Program-made: the position numbers and the translations under genes
Shown here: piece by piece, positions 47,279 to 55,869 of the stretch
Position numbering within the stretch: position 1 is the stretch's first letter
Layout: every line of letters starts with the position of its first letter
Notes under the pieces: generated by a model
Seen by the model: only the letters and a program-made list of their open reading frames with translations
Told to the model about the DNA's origin: nothing
Databases searched by the model: none
Origin: a virus
Taxonomy: Duplodnaviria; Caudoviricetes
Length of the DNA: 56,053 bases
Strand: one strand, 5' to 3'
Virus record (IMG/VR): IMGVR_UViG_3300045941_000468
Location: 1 to 56,053 of that record

Positions 47279-47700
47279 CACCGCCTCCGCTTCGGTCCGC
47301 GCACCTGCACCGCGCCGAGGATGCGCCCCTCGCCGGTCTTGCCGCAGGCGGCGATGAACTGCGGCTCCCACGGGCCGTAGGTGCCGTGCTGGCGGTTCTG
47401 GTCGAGGATCTCCTCCATCGTGTAGCGGCGGGGCTCGCGCACTTTCTTCCAGCGGTAGAAGTCCACGCGCTTGATCGAGTAGTAGACCTTCTGCCCCTCG
47501 ACGAGCGCCGCGTTCCAGCACAGGCCCTTGTCCTCCGCCCAGCCGTGCGCGTAGATCGTGCCGTCCTCGGCCTCGCACAGGGCGTGGACCAGGCGGAGAT
47601 GGTCGGCGGCGTAGCGGGGGCCTTCCTCGCGCACGCGCGACTCGATGAACTCGATCGCGTCGTCGAAGCAGGTGAAGGTGGGCAGGAGCGCGTTCGTCAT
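47278..47700 (-). CDS. Hypothetical protein with a Cys/His/Glu transglutaminase-like pattern
   Basis: TCFDDA...LVHA...YAHGWAE. Confidence 0.45.
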   Translation of the reverse strand: MTNALLPTFTCFDDAIEFIESRVREEGPRYAADHLRLVHALCEAEDGTIYAHGWAEDKGLCWNAALVEGQKVYYSIKRVDFYRWKKVREPRRYTMEEILDQNRQHGTYGPWEPQFIAACGKTGEGRILGAVQVRGPKRRR

Positions 47701-48530
47701 CGCGGCGCCCCCACGAAGGGACGCGGCAGCGGCCCGTGCACGAAGAAGACCGTGTGCCGGACGTCGCCGGGCGTGACGCCTTCGGCCCGCAGCGTGGCGA
47801 CGGCGTCCTCGGGGGTCAGGCCGGTGAGATCGACCGTGCGGCCGTCGCGCAGAAAGCAGGTGACGGTGGTGGTGGCGAGGGCGTGCTTGAGATCCATATG
47901 CTTCACTCCAGGGCACGCGCCGCTAACCGGCAGAAGCGCCGGAACCGGCGATGCTGGCGCGAGCCGGGTCGCGGCCAGCGGTACTGCGTCGTGACGCGCG
48001 TGAGCACCTTCTTCGTCTTCCGCGGCAGGCGCATCAGTCCGCCTGCCCTTCGCCGCGGGCGATCCGCCGCAGCATCGGGCAGTGGTCGCCGTGCTCGAAG
48101 GGGCGCGGCTCCACGCGCAGCACCTCGCCCTCCCGGTGCCCCGGGCTGGTGACACTGACCCCGCAGCCCTTGCAGGTGCGCGTCACGGTGATGGCGTCGC
48201 CCTGCTCGTGGAAGGACGCCCAGCCCCAGCCGAGGTCGACGATCTCGGTGGCGGTGGCGACCCACTGATCGAGGCGGGTGCCCTGCTCGTTCATCAGAAC
48301 CACACGAAGGTTGTCTCGGTCCAGTTGACTTCCTTGCCCATGCAACACAGCTCCTGCAGGTAGCGCGCGTAGGCGTCGGCCAGCGCCTGCCGTTCGAGGA
48401 ACAGCTGGTACCCGAGGCCATTCTCCCACTCGCTGGACGTCAGGCCCCAGCGCCGCGTGTGCTCCGGCATCACCTGGCCGGGGATGAGCCCCGCGGTCAC
48501 TTCCCACGCACAGCGTGCCGCTTCCATCAC
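47697..48530 (-). CDS. Four coupled small genes (about 47697..47906, 47903..48034, 48034..48294, 48294..48530)
   Basis: Successive start/stop overlaps; one is Arg-rich and one has CKGC...HCP. Confidence 0.5.
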
Positions 48531-48730
48531 GCCTCCTCCCGCCGGGGCACTTCCTCGACCAGCGCGGCCAGATCCGCCCGGGAGAAGCGCACGCGGCTCC
48601 CGAGGATCTTGACCTTGCGCACGCGCCCCTGCCGCGCGAGCCGATAGATCGTCTGGTCCTTCAAGCCCGTCATCCGCATCGCCTCGCGGATGTCGACGTA
48701 GTCGGCCCCCTGCACTTGCATATGCATCAC
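48527..48730 (-). CDS. HTH_17/excisionase-like DNA-binding protein
   Basis: YVDIREAMRMTGLKDQTIYRLARQGRV...VRFSRADL; start overlaps the operator at 48715-48728. Confidence 0.75.
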   Translation of the reverse strand: MMHMQVQGADYVDIREAMRMTGLKDQTIYRLARQGRVRKVKILGSRVRFSRADLAALVEEVPRREEA

Positions 48731-50538
48731 TCCTCAGGCACCAGCGGCGCCTCGATCACCCGCTTGAGCAGGTCCCCAATCTCGATCTCCTCGCCGGTCA
48801 CCGCATCGATCGACACCTCCAGCGCGGTCGAGGACGCGACGTAGTCCATCAGCACGGTGAGCAGCGCCTGCCGCTCGTGCGGCGTGAGGTCGAGGCGGAC
48901 CTTCATCGCGCTTCTCTCCGCAGCCGGAAGAACAGATCGGTCGCCGCGAGCGCCGCCTGACGCCGCGTCAGCCCCGGCGGGTCGGTCTCCTCGCCACCCC
49001 CATAGCAGCTGCAGCGGTGCTCGATGTGCGCCACGCTGCCGAACAGCTGCCGCAGGTGGCACTCGATGTGGTACGGCAGCTGGCTGATGGTGTCGCCGCA
49101 GTGCGGGAGGGTGTAGCCCTCGTCCTCGTCGGTGAAGCCCTCGCCGCACCAGGCGCAGGGGGTGGTCGGCGTGGCGGCGCGCGTGCAGTCGTCGCAGGCG
49201 GCGGAGAAGGGGGCGGGGCCGAACCACTGCATCACGGCCGCTCCGGCTCCTCGAACTGGTGACACCGCACACAGTAGCGATTGGCGATGTCGTTGGGGTT
49301 GAAGCTCACCACGCCGCACCGCGGACAGCGATAGTGCGGGCGTGTGCCGGGGTCCTTCTGCCGCGCCTCCGCTGCCTCCACGAGCGCGATGAACTCGCCG
49401 AACCGGCGGATCGCGTCGGGGCTCCACGAGGCTGGGTCCTGACGCGCGCGTTCCTCCGCGTGCAGCCGCACGTTCTCACTGGCCTGTGCCGGGTCGGTCG
49501 GGCAGGCGCCGTCGGGCTCGCTGTGGGCGTTCCACCACTCGTCGCAGTGACGGCACTCGCCGTTGTGATCGGGCTCGAAGGTGCTCATGGCGTCGCGACC
49601 TTGCAGGGATACCCGGCGGCATCGTAGGCGCGCGGGTCGGGCCGGTACGGCTTGCCGAGCGTCGAGAGCGTCCGCCGCCACTCCTTCTCGTAGAAGCACG
49701 CCGACCCGCAGACCCCGTGGTCGAAGCGGTGCCAGGTGGCGGCGACGCTGGCCGCGTAGTCGACGCCGCAGATGCAGCACTTCAGCGCCATCGGCGTGAA
49801 GGTCGGGCTCATGCCCAATCCGCCGACGGCTGGTGTCGCTCGAACACCGCGATGATCGTCTCGTTCAACTCGTCCTCCCGCACCATCAGCCGATGCAGCG
49901 AGAAGGTGACCAAGCGGTAGCCGCGCTGCGCGTTGACGTCGATGACGCGCTCGAACTGCTCGGCGATGAGGCCGCTGCCGGGGGTGACCTCCCGCCCCTC
50001 GCGCCAGTTTTTGCTGACCTCGGCGACGATGACGCGCGGCGAGGTCTCGCTCACCGCGGCAGCTCCTCCTCGAAGCCGTACCTGTCGATTTCGTCGGCCT
50101 TGATGCCGTGCAGCGCGATGCAGTGCCGCGACACGCGATAGCGCCGCCCGCTCACGACGACGGTAGTCCACTCGCCCAGCTCCTGAATGAGCGTCCTGCA
50201 CGCCCGCACCTGCGCCGGATCGAAGCCGGTGTAGTCCAGACGGACCGCGAGGGCGCAGGGGCAGGTCGTCATCCCCGCTTCCCGCAGACCTGGCACCACT
50301 CGGTGCAGTCGTGCGTCCCGCCCTCGTCCGCCAGCTTGCGCGCCAGCGCCACCGCGCCATCGACCCCGAGGTGCTGGTGCGCGCGAAAGGCGCAGAGCTG
50401 CGCCAGGACGCTGAGATCGCCGAGCAGTTCATCGACGGGCAGGTCGCGCCAGATCGCCAGCAGCGTCGTGTGGCGCTGCAGGCGGGCGTGATCGACCTCG
50501 GTGATCGCGGCGAAGGGGGTGCCGTCGTCGTGCGACAT
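48727..50538 (-). CDS. Seven coupled microprotein genes, mostly CxxC-rich (48727..48906, 48903..49232, 49232..49588, 49585..49812, 49809..50054, 50051..50272, 50269..50538)
   Basis: Chain of ATGA/GTGA/TGATG overlaps; multiple CxxC pairs. Confidence 0.55.
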
Positions 50539-50592
50539 CGGCCGCGAGGCTATCACAGGGAGTGAACAGAAAAAATCACGACGAAAAAATAT
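50539..50592 (-). promoter_or_regulatory. Leftward extended -10 promoter with upstream T-tracts, leaderless
   Basis: TG-A-TAGCCT (-10 at 50552-50547), 8 nt before ATG 50538; two ATTTTTT tracts upstream. Confidence 0.55.
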
Positions 50593-50800
50593 CTGGAGTC
50601 GAGCGCGGGCGCTCCCGCCCTGGCCGCAGGGGGCCTCGCGGACAATGCAGCCGCGTGCAGTTCTGGGCACTGGCGCGCAGCTGCGTGCAGATCCGTGCAT
50701 CGCCCACAGCTGCAGGGGCGCAAGGCGGGCGGCGCGGCGGCGCGGCGGATGGCTGAGAGGCGGCGCGGCAGCTGGCGGGGCGATCGCGAGGCGAGTTAAT

Positions 50801-50856
50801 TGTTGACAGCAAAGGACTTATGCGCTCAGGGTCGTATAGGAATGGTTATGTTAACC
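50801..50856. other. Two abutting inverted XerC/XerD dif-like sites
   Basis: Minus strand TGAGCGCATAA-GTCCTT-TGCTGTCAACA; plus strand GGGTCGTATAG-GAATGG-TTATGTTAACC; both 11-6-11. Confidence 0.6.
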
Positions 50857-51005
50857 AGCCCGGCAGTAGGTCGAGGCCTCGGGCACAAGCTGCAGGGGCG
50901 TACACAGGCTGGTGAGACGGCCTGCGAGACGCCTGCAGCTGCGGGGGCGACGTGAGCCGGGGCCGGGTACACCCGGCAAGCGGGCAGCGGGCGGGCGGTA
51001 CCTGG

Positions 51006-51049
51006 GAATGACGAAGCCCTTCGTCATTCACTGACGAAAGCTTTCGTCA
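51006..51049. repeat. Tandem palindromes TGACGAA-N4-TTCGTCA
   Basis: 51009-51026 and 51032-51049, 23 bp apart. Confidence 0.8.
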
Positions 51050-51492
51050 ACCCACAGCCGGGGCCTAGCGGGGATCACCTGCCGGGCCGGGCGGCTCGGC
51101 GGGCGGCTGATCGGGGTCGCGAGACAGCTCCCTTTTAGGTCGTCTGGCCGGTAATTCTCAGAATCGGACACAGCCTCAGCTGTGCTGGGATAGCACACGG
51201 AAAACACGCTGGAATGCTGAGCGAAAGCGCATGTCGTGGAGGCATATCACAGGTCTGTGTTCATAGGTGAGACACGCTGCACACTTTGGCGATCTTTCTT
51301 CAGGTATTTTCGAGGCTCAGGAAGGGCCCCGGAAGGCCTCTAGCGTGCCCTGTGGCGAGAGCGATCGATTTTGGCGGGTACCCCCTTACCGGAGGCGCGT
51401 TCGTCGCCCCAGCGCAAAATCCGGATCTAGGCAGACTGGGCTGTTCGGGGTCGAAAGCGGTGCTGTAGGAGGGATAGATCAATACGGGATCG

Positions 51493-51586
51493 CTGACAGC
51501 CTGACAGCTCGAAGCTGCGCGGGGCGGAATGTGCCTGCAGGCCGGGGGGCTTGACACTGAAAGCTGACAGGCTGTAAGCTTGACAG
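51493..51586 (+). promoter_or_regulatory. Early promoter TTGACA-18-TAAGCT overlapped by YTGACAG-type heptads
   Basis: -35 at 51551, -10 at 51575; heptads at 51493, 51501, 51557, 51564, 51572 and 51580. Confidence 0.65.
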
Positions 51587-51641
51587 CCGGGCCCATTCCG
51601 GGCCGCGCACAGTCGGGCACAGACCCGCAGGAGTAACGAAC

Positions 51642-52613
51642 ATGGCATATCAGGCACAGACCCCGTTCCACGTTGTCGGCACCCGGACCGCGTCCCTCAC
51701 CAACCTTGACGAGGCCCTGCAGAAGACGGGGCTGGACTGGCAGATCGACAAGCGCAAGCTGTACCTGGCGGACGGCACCGAGTTCAAGGGGCACTTCGGC
51801 ATGGTCCGGCTGAACGGCGACGGCTCGATCAAGTCGCAGCTGGGCGCGGTCGGCGCCAAGTACCACCCGACCACCAACCGGCAGAACGTGGAGATGATCG
51901 AGCCGCTGCTGTCGCGGTTCGGCTGCACGGTGGAGAGCGGCGGGACGTTCAACGGTGGCCGTCGGTGCTTCCTGCTGCTCAAGTTCCCGGGCGTCAAGAT
52001 CGACGTGGTCCCGGGCGACAGCCTGAAGGGCTTCAACCTGCTCTCGTGGAACCACGACGGGCAAGGCGGCGTCCGCAACAATCCCACCACCATCCGGCCC
52101 ATTTGCGCCAACACGCTGGCGGCGGCGGCGGCGCAGTGTGAAGCGTGGGCGATGGTCCAGCACCGCGCGGGGGCGGCGCAGCGGATCGACGAAGCGGCCA
52201 AGGTGGTCGAGCAGATCGTGGCGGCGATGATCGCGGCGGGCGAGAGCTTCGCGGCGCTGGCCCGGGCCCGGATGACGCGCAGCGACCTGCAGGCGTTTGT
52301 CGAGCGCATCATCCCCAGCGAGGCGGAGGAGGTGTCCACCGTCATCCGCGAGCGGCGCGAGAGCATCGTGGCGCTGGCGAGCGGCGGGCGCGGCGCCGAC
52401 ATGGCGAACCAGCTCGTGAGCACCGTGGACGGTGGCGTGAGCCTGTGGGGCGCGATCAACGGGGTCAGCGAGTACTTCGACCACGTCCGCCCGGCTGAGG
52501 CGAAGTCTGAGGCCACCCGGCTGAAGGCGAACGAGAGCGCCCTGTTCGGCGGCAATGCGCTCGTCAAGCAGCTGGCGCTGGCCGAGGCGCAGCGGCTGCT
52601 GGGCGCGAACTAG
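51642..52613 (+). CDS. DUF932-family protein
   Basis: GLDW, LGAVGAKY...N, SGGTFNGG, SWNHDG, IRPICANT, SLWGAINGVSEY; AGGAG RBS. Confidence 0.85.
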   Translation: MAYQAQTPFHVVGTRTASLTNLDEALQKTGLDWQIDKRKLYLADGTEFKGHFGMVRLNGDGSIKSQLGAVGAKYHPTTNRQNVEMIEPLLSRFGCTVESGGTFNGGRRCFLLLKFPGVKIDVVPGDSLKGFNLLSWNHDGQGGVRNNPTTIRPICANTLAAAAAQCEAWAMVQHRAGAAQRIDEAAKVVEQIVAAMIAAGESFAALARARMTRSDLQAFVERIIPSEAEEVSTVIRERRESIVALASGGRGADMANQLVSTVDGGVSLWGAINGVSEYFDHVRPAEAKSEATRLKANESALFGGNALVKQLALAEAQRLLGAN

Positions 52614-52626
52614 GCGCGGGCAAGGC

Positions 52627-52652
52627 CCCATCCGCCCTGCGGGGCGGGTGGG
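52627..52652 (+). terminator. GC-rich hairpin after DUF932 (terminator or processing stem)
   Basis: CCCATCCGCCC-TGCG-GGGCGGGTGGG, no U-tract. Confidence 0.4.
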
Positions 52653-52722
52653 CTCCCCTGAGGCCTGCGGGCCTGAGGCGGGCCCATACCGGGACCGGAT
52701 GCAACGGAGAGGACAACGAGCA

Positions 52723-53082
52723 ATGACATACGAATTTGTGGTCGAGCTGAAAGCGACGTTTCAGGAGCTGCTGTCGCGGCCGTTCCGGCCGGGCGACATC
52801 GAGATCAGGGACGTCCGGCCGGTGGCGCCAGAGGCCGCACAGGAGCCCGTGGCGGGCCCGGTGGGCGACGTTCGGCCGGTGAGTGTGCCTCAGGAGCCTG
52901 TGGCCGCGGCGCCTGTCCAGCGACCGCTGGCGGGCCGGACGCCCAAGGCAGCGGCAGCGGCGCGGGCGGGACGGTTCCGGATCAACGCGGCGGGCATCAG
53001 GGACGCGGCGCCTGCCCAGCCCACGGCGGCGCCTGCGGTGGCGCCCGCCAAGCCGGTGGCGCCGGAGTTCGACCCGTTCTAG
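52723..53082 (+). CDS. Pro/Ala-rich early protein ending EFDPF
   Basis: GAGAGGACAACGAGCA leader; internal DVRPV...QEPVA duplication. Confidence 0.65.
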   Translation: MTYEFVVELKATFQELLSRPFRPGDIEIRDVRPVAPEAAQEPVAGPVGDVRPVSVPQEPVAAAPVQRPLAGRTPKAAAAARAGRFRINAAGIRDAAPAQPTAAPAVAPAKPVAPEFDPF

Positions 53083-53170
53083 GTCGTGGTTCCACGTCGC
53101 CCTGCGGGCCCCGGCTCGCAGGGCGGAGCGGAGACACGGCCACAGGCCAGCATCGGAGAGGACAACGATC

Positions 53171-53488
53171 ATGCGTGACACGACGATCAACGCGGCGGCG
53201 GAGCGGCGGGTGGAGTGGGGCAACTGGGCGCTGCTGTTCTACTGGCAGGTGCCGGGCGTCTACGGCCCGGAGCGCATCGAGGGGCGCCTGCCGTTCCCGG
53301 TGGGCGCCCGCGGCCCGATGGACGGCTGTCTGGGCACCGTCGAGCGGCAGCGGTACGTGGACGCGTCCAAGGCGTGGATGGACCGCGGCGAGCTGCCCGC
53401 GGGGCTGTATCGCCGGTGCGAGGCCTGCGGCACCGAGTACCGCGCGGAGCGGGGGGAGTGCAGCTGTTTCGACAACGGGTGCCAGTGA
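53171..53488 (+). CDS. Hypothetical protein with C-terminal CxxC/CxC
   Basis: GAGAGGACAACGATC leader. Confidence 0.65.
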   Translation: MRDTTINAAAERRVEWGNWALLFYWQVPGVYGPERIEGRLPFPVGARGPMDGCLGTVERQRYVDASKAWMDRGELPAGLYRRCEACGTEYRAERGECSCFDNGCQ

Positions 53489-53489
53489 C

Positions 53490-53648
53490 ATGCTGACGCT
53501 GGCGTGGGTGCTGACGCTCTACACCGGCCCGCTGCCTGTCAGCGAGCCGGTGGCGTGGGGGATGCTGGCAGAGGCCGCGGCAGAGGCCGCGGGGCTGTGG
53601 CTGGCGGTGGGGCTGGCCCTGTGGCGTGAAGGGAGGACACGAGCATGA
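53490..53648 (+). CDS. Small hydrophobic protein
   Basis: ATG 1 nt after the previous stop; two hydrophobic stretches. Confidence 0.45.
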   Translation: MLTLAWVLTLYTGPLPVSEPVAWGMLAEAAAEAAGLWLAVGLALWREGRTRA

Positions 53649-53913
53649 GACACCAGCACAACGTGGAGGTCGCGAGCCAGTACGCGCCGGGCGACCCGGC
53701 GTGGCTGGCGGAGACGCTGCAGCGGCGCTACTTCGCCCCGTACGCTGTACGCAGTGTCAGCTGCCGGTGTCCCTGACGCCGGACTGGACCCTGTGGCCGT
53801 GGCCGGACGGGGCGCAGCTGTGCGCCCGCTGCAACGAGGCGCGGCACGCGCGCGAGGACTGGACCGAGATCGAGCGCCGCGAGGCGGCGGCGGAGGCGAA
53901 GCGCCGTCAGTAG
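53645..53913 (+). pseudogene. Zn-finger gene apparently split by a frameshift near 53735
   Basis: RBS+ATG frame MRHQHN...RRYFAP continues as VRCTQC...LCARC in the adjacent frame. Confidence 0.4.
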
Positions 53914-53950
53914 ACTTGCATATGCATCCATGCTAGGATGCATATGTTTC
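53911..53950 (+). promoter_or_regulatory. Promoter with two palindromic operators (same design as 6813)
   Basis: TAGACT-17-TAGGAT with TG extension; CTTGCATATGCATC at 53915 and GATGCATATGTTTC at 53937. Confidence 0.85.
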
Positions 53951-54022
53951 ATCTCATCTCTCAAGCCGGGCGCGAGCGGACGGAGGCCCCGACGACGCGC
54001 CCGGACGAAAGGACAACGAGCA

Positions 54023-54616
54023 ATGGCGACCAAGCGCACGAACAAGCCGACGCAGGCCCTGTACCTGCACATCATGGAAGAGCGCAGCCCCGGCTGGGGC
54101 GACGGGCCCTACTTCCACATCCGCCTGCGCGTCTGCACGCAGAAGTACGAGAACGGCCAGTACGTGGTCTACGGCGTGGACGACGACTACGACAACGGGA
54201 TCCTCTACAGCAACCTCCGCATCAGCTGTCAGGGCGACGAGAAGAGCCGCCTGCGGGAGCACATCGGCCACAACGGCGCGGTGTACGGCTGGGACGTGCT
54301 GTACCACGACGTCTACACCGTGGACGCGCGGAAGGCCACGCGCATGTCCAAGACGCTGGCGCTGATCGAGCGCAAGCTGCGCCAGCTGGCCGACCGCCGC
54401 GGCTACGCGGGGAACTTCGGCGACTACTGCGGGCGGGTGGCCGAGGCGCTGGGCTGCGTGGGCATGGTCGAAACCCGCGGCGAGAAGGGACGCGTGAACG
54501 TGGGCGACAAGTTCCGCTGGCACGCCAACATCGGGGACGGGATCAACGCGATCAACAACGCGATCTGGCGCTGGCAGCAGGAGGCGAAGGAGAAGGGGCA
54601 GGAGGCGGCGTCGTGA
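54023..54616 (+). CDS. Hypothetical protein (197 aa)
   Basis: AAAGGACAACGAGCA leader; strong GC3 coding bias. Confidence 0.75.
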   Translation: MATKRTNKPTQALYLHIMEERSPGWGDGPYFHIRLRVCTQKYENGQYVVYGVDDDYDNGILYSNLRISCQGDEKSRLREHIGHNGAVYGWDVLYHDVYTVDARKATRMSKTLALIERKLRQLADRRGYAGNFGDYCGRVAEALGCVGMVETRGEKGRVNVGDKFRWHANIGDGINAINNAIWRWQQEAKEKGQEAAS

Positions 54617-55077
54617 CCGCGCCTCCCTTCGAGCGTACGACTTGCGCCTGCCCGGAGTGTCAGGCCTGCTGCACCCGCCAGCCGGGGCCGCTCATCCCCG
54701 GCCAGCTGGAGGCGATTGCCGCGTACCTGGGCAAGACCGTCCGTGAGGCGAGCAGCCTGTTTGTCGCCAGCCCCGGCGGCGTCATGGGCAACCGCGCGAC
54801 CGGGGCCCAGCTGCGGGTGGGCACGATCACCCCGCGGATGAAAGACGGCCGGTGTGTCTTCCTCGACCGGCAGGGGGCCTGCCGCATTCACCCGGTCGCG
54901 CCGTTCGGGTGCAGTCACTTCGATACGCATATGAGCGGCGAGGAGGGGCAGCGCCGTGGCCTGTGGATGATGCGCCTGCAAGCGAGCGACGAGGCGTACC
55001 AGTCGCTGCGCCGCACGCTGGCCCCGGCGACCAGTCACCGCCCGCTGGCGTACGACCACGACGGGGGCGAGCGATGA
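54613..55077 (+). CDS. YkgJ/FliB-like CxxCxxCC Fe-S or Zn cluster protein
   Basis: CPECQACC...CVFL....CRIH...PFGC; GTGA overlap. Confidence 0.8.
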   Translation: MTAPPFERTTCACPECQACCTRQPGPLIPGQLEAIAAYLGKTVREASSLFVASPGGVMGNRATGAQLRVGTITPRMKDGRCVFLDRQGACRIHPVAPFGCSHFDTHMSGEEGQRRGLWMMRLQASDEAYQSLRRTLAPATSHRPLAYDHDGGER

Positions 55078-55316
55078 CGCGGTGTGCCAAGGGCGATCAT
55101 GTGCTCGACGCCTTGGCGCAGCTGCACGGGCAGACGGTCTGCACCGATTGTCAGGCGCGGCCGCGCACCCGGCGGCGCCGCTACTGGCGCGGCGTCTGCG
55201 AGGACTGCACGCGTGAACGGGAGGTGACCACCATCGCCTTCCCTGACAGCCCCCAGCGGCGGCGGGTGTGCCGTCGCTGCATTCGTACCTACACCGGGAT
55301 GATCATCGCGCCCTGA
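55074..55316 (+). CDS. Small Zn-finger protein
   Basis: Three CxxC pairs; ATGA overlap. Confidence 0.55.
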   Translation: MTRCAKGDHVLDALAQLHGQTVCTDCQARPRTRRRRYWRGVCEDCTREREVTTIAFPDSPQRRRVCRRCIRTYTGMIIAP

Positions 55317-55342
55317 GCCGGGCGCAGAGAGGACAACGAGCC

Positions 55343-55617
55343 ATGAGCCGAGAGATTCGCGTACGACTCCGCAAAGATATTGCTGTGTGCGACGGGCAGA
55401 CGTCCACCGTCGTCTTCGCAGGGACCGAGGGCACGGCGTTGAGCGTCAACAGCCCCGAGGACAGACTGCGCGACAAGCCACGCACCATCGCCGTGAGCTG
55501 GGACGCCGCCCTGCTGAACGAGAGGACGATCCCACCTGTGTCACCACCGGCTGGGAGGCGGCGGCGGTCGCGATTGAAGACGTCGAGTACATCGGGCTGA
55601 TCGAGCGCCCGGAGTAA
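55343..55617 (+). CDS. Hypothetical protein, possibly frameshifted near 55520
   Basis: GAGAGGACAACGAGCC leader; the alternative frame supplies DDPTCVTTGWEAAAVAIEDVEYIG. Confidence 0.45.
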
Positions 55618-55623
55618 AGAGCC

Positions 55624-55869
55624 GTGACCTGTCCCTACTGCGGGTGGGTACATGTACCTGGCGAGCTATGCCCACCCGCCACGATGGACGACGACCAGCT
55701 GATCGAGCAGCTACTCGTCGCGTTGAAGCTGCAGCACGAGGACGAGGCGCGGCGCCTGACCATCGAGGTCCAGCGCCGCGGGCTGGTGGCGCGGGCCTTC
55801 GCACGCGCCGAGGAGCAAACGAACGAGGACCGGCGCCGACTGGGCGCCACGAAAGGACAACGACCATGA
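55624..55869 (+). CDS. Hypothetical protein with N-terminal CPYCG..H...LC
   Basis: GGAG RBS; ATGA overlap with the next gene. Confidence 0.55.
   Translation: MTCPYCGWVHVPGELCPPATMDDDQLIEQLLVALKLQHEDEARRLTIEVQRRGLVARAFARAEEQTNEDRRRLGATKGQRP

Noticed and set aside
50540-51640. Short ORFs in the switch region
   Set aside because: No RBS or coding bias; the region is better explained as regulatory or origin DNA
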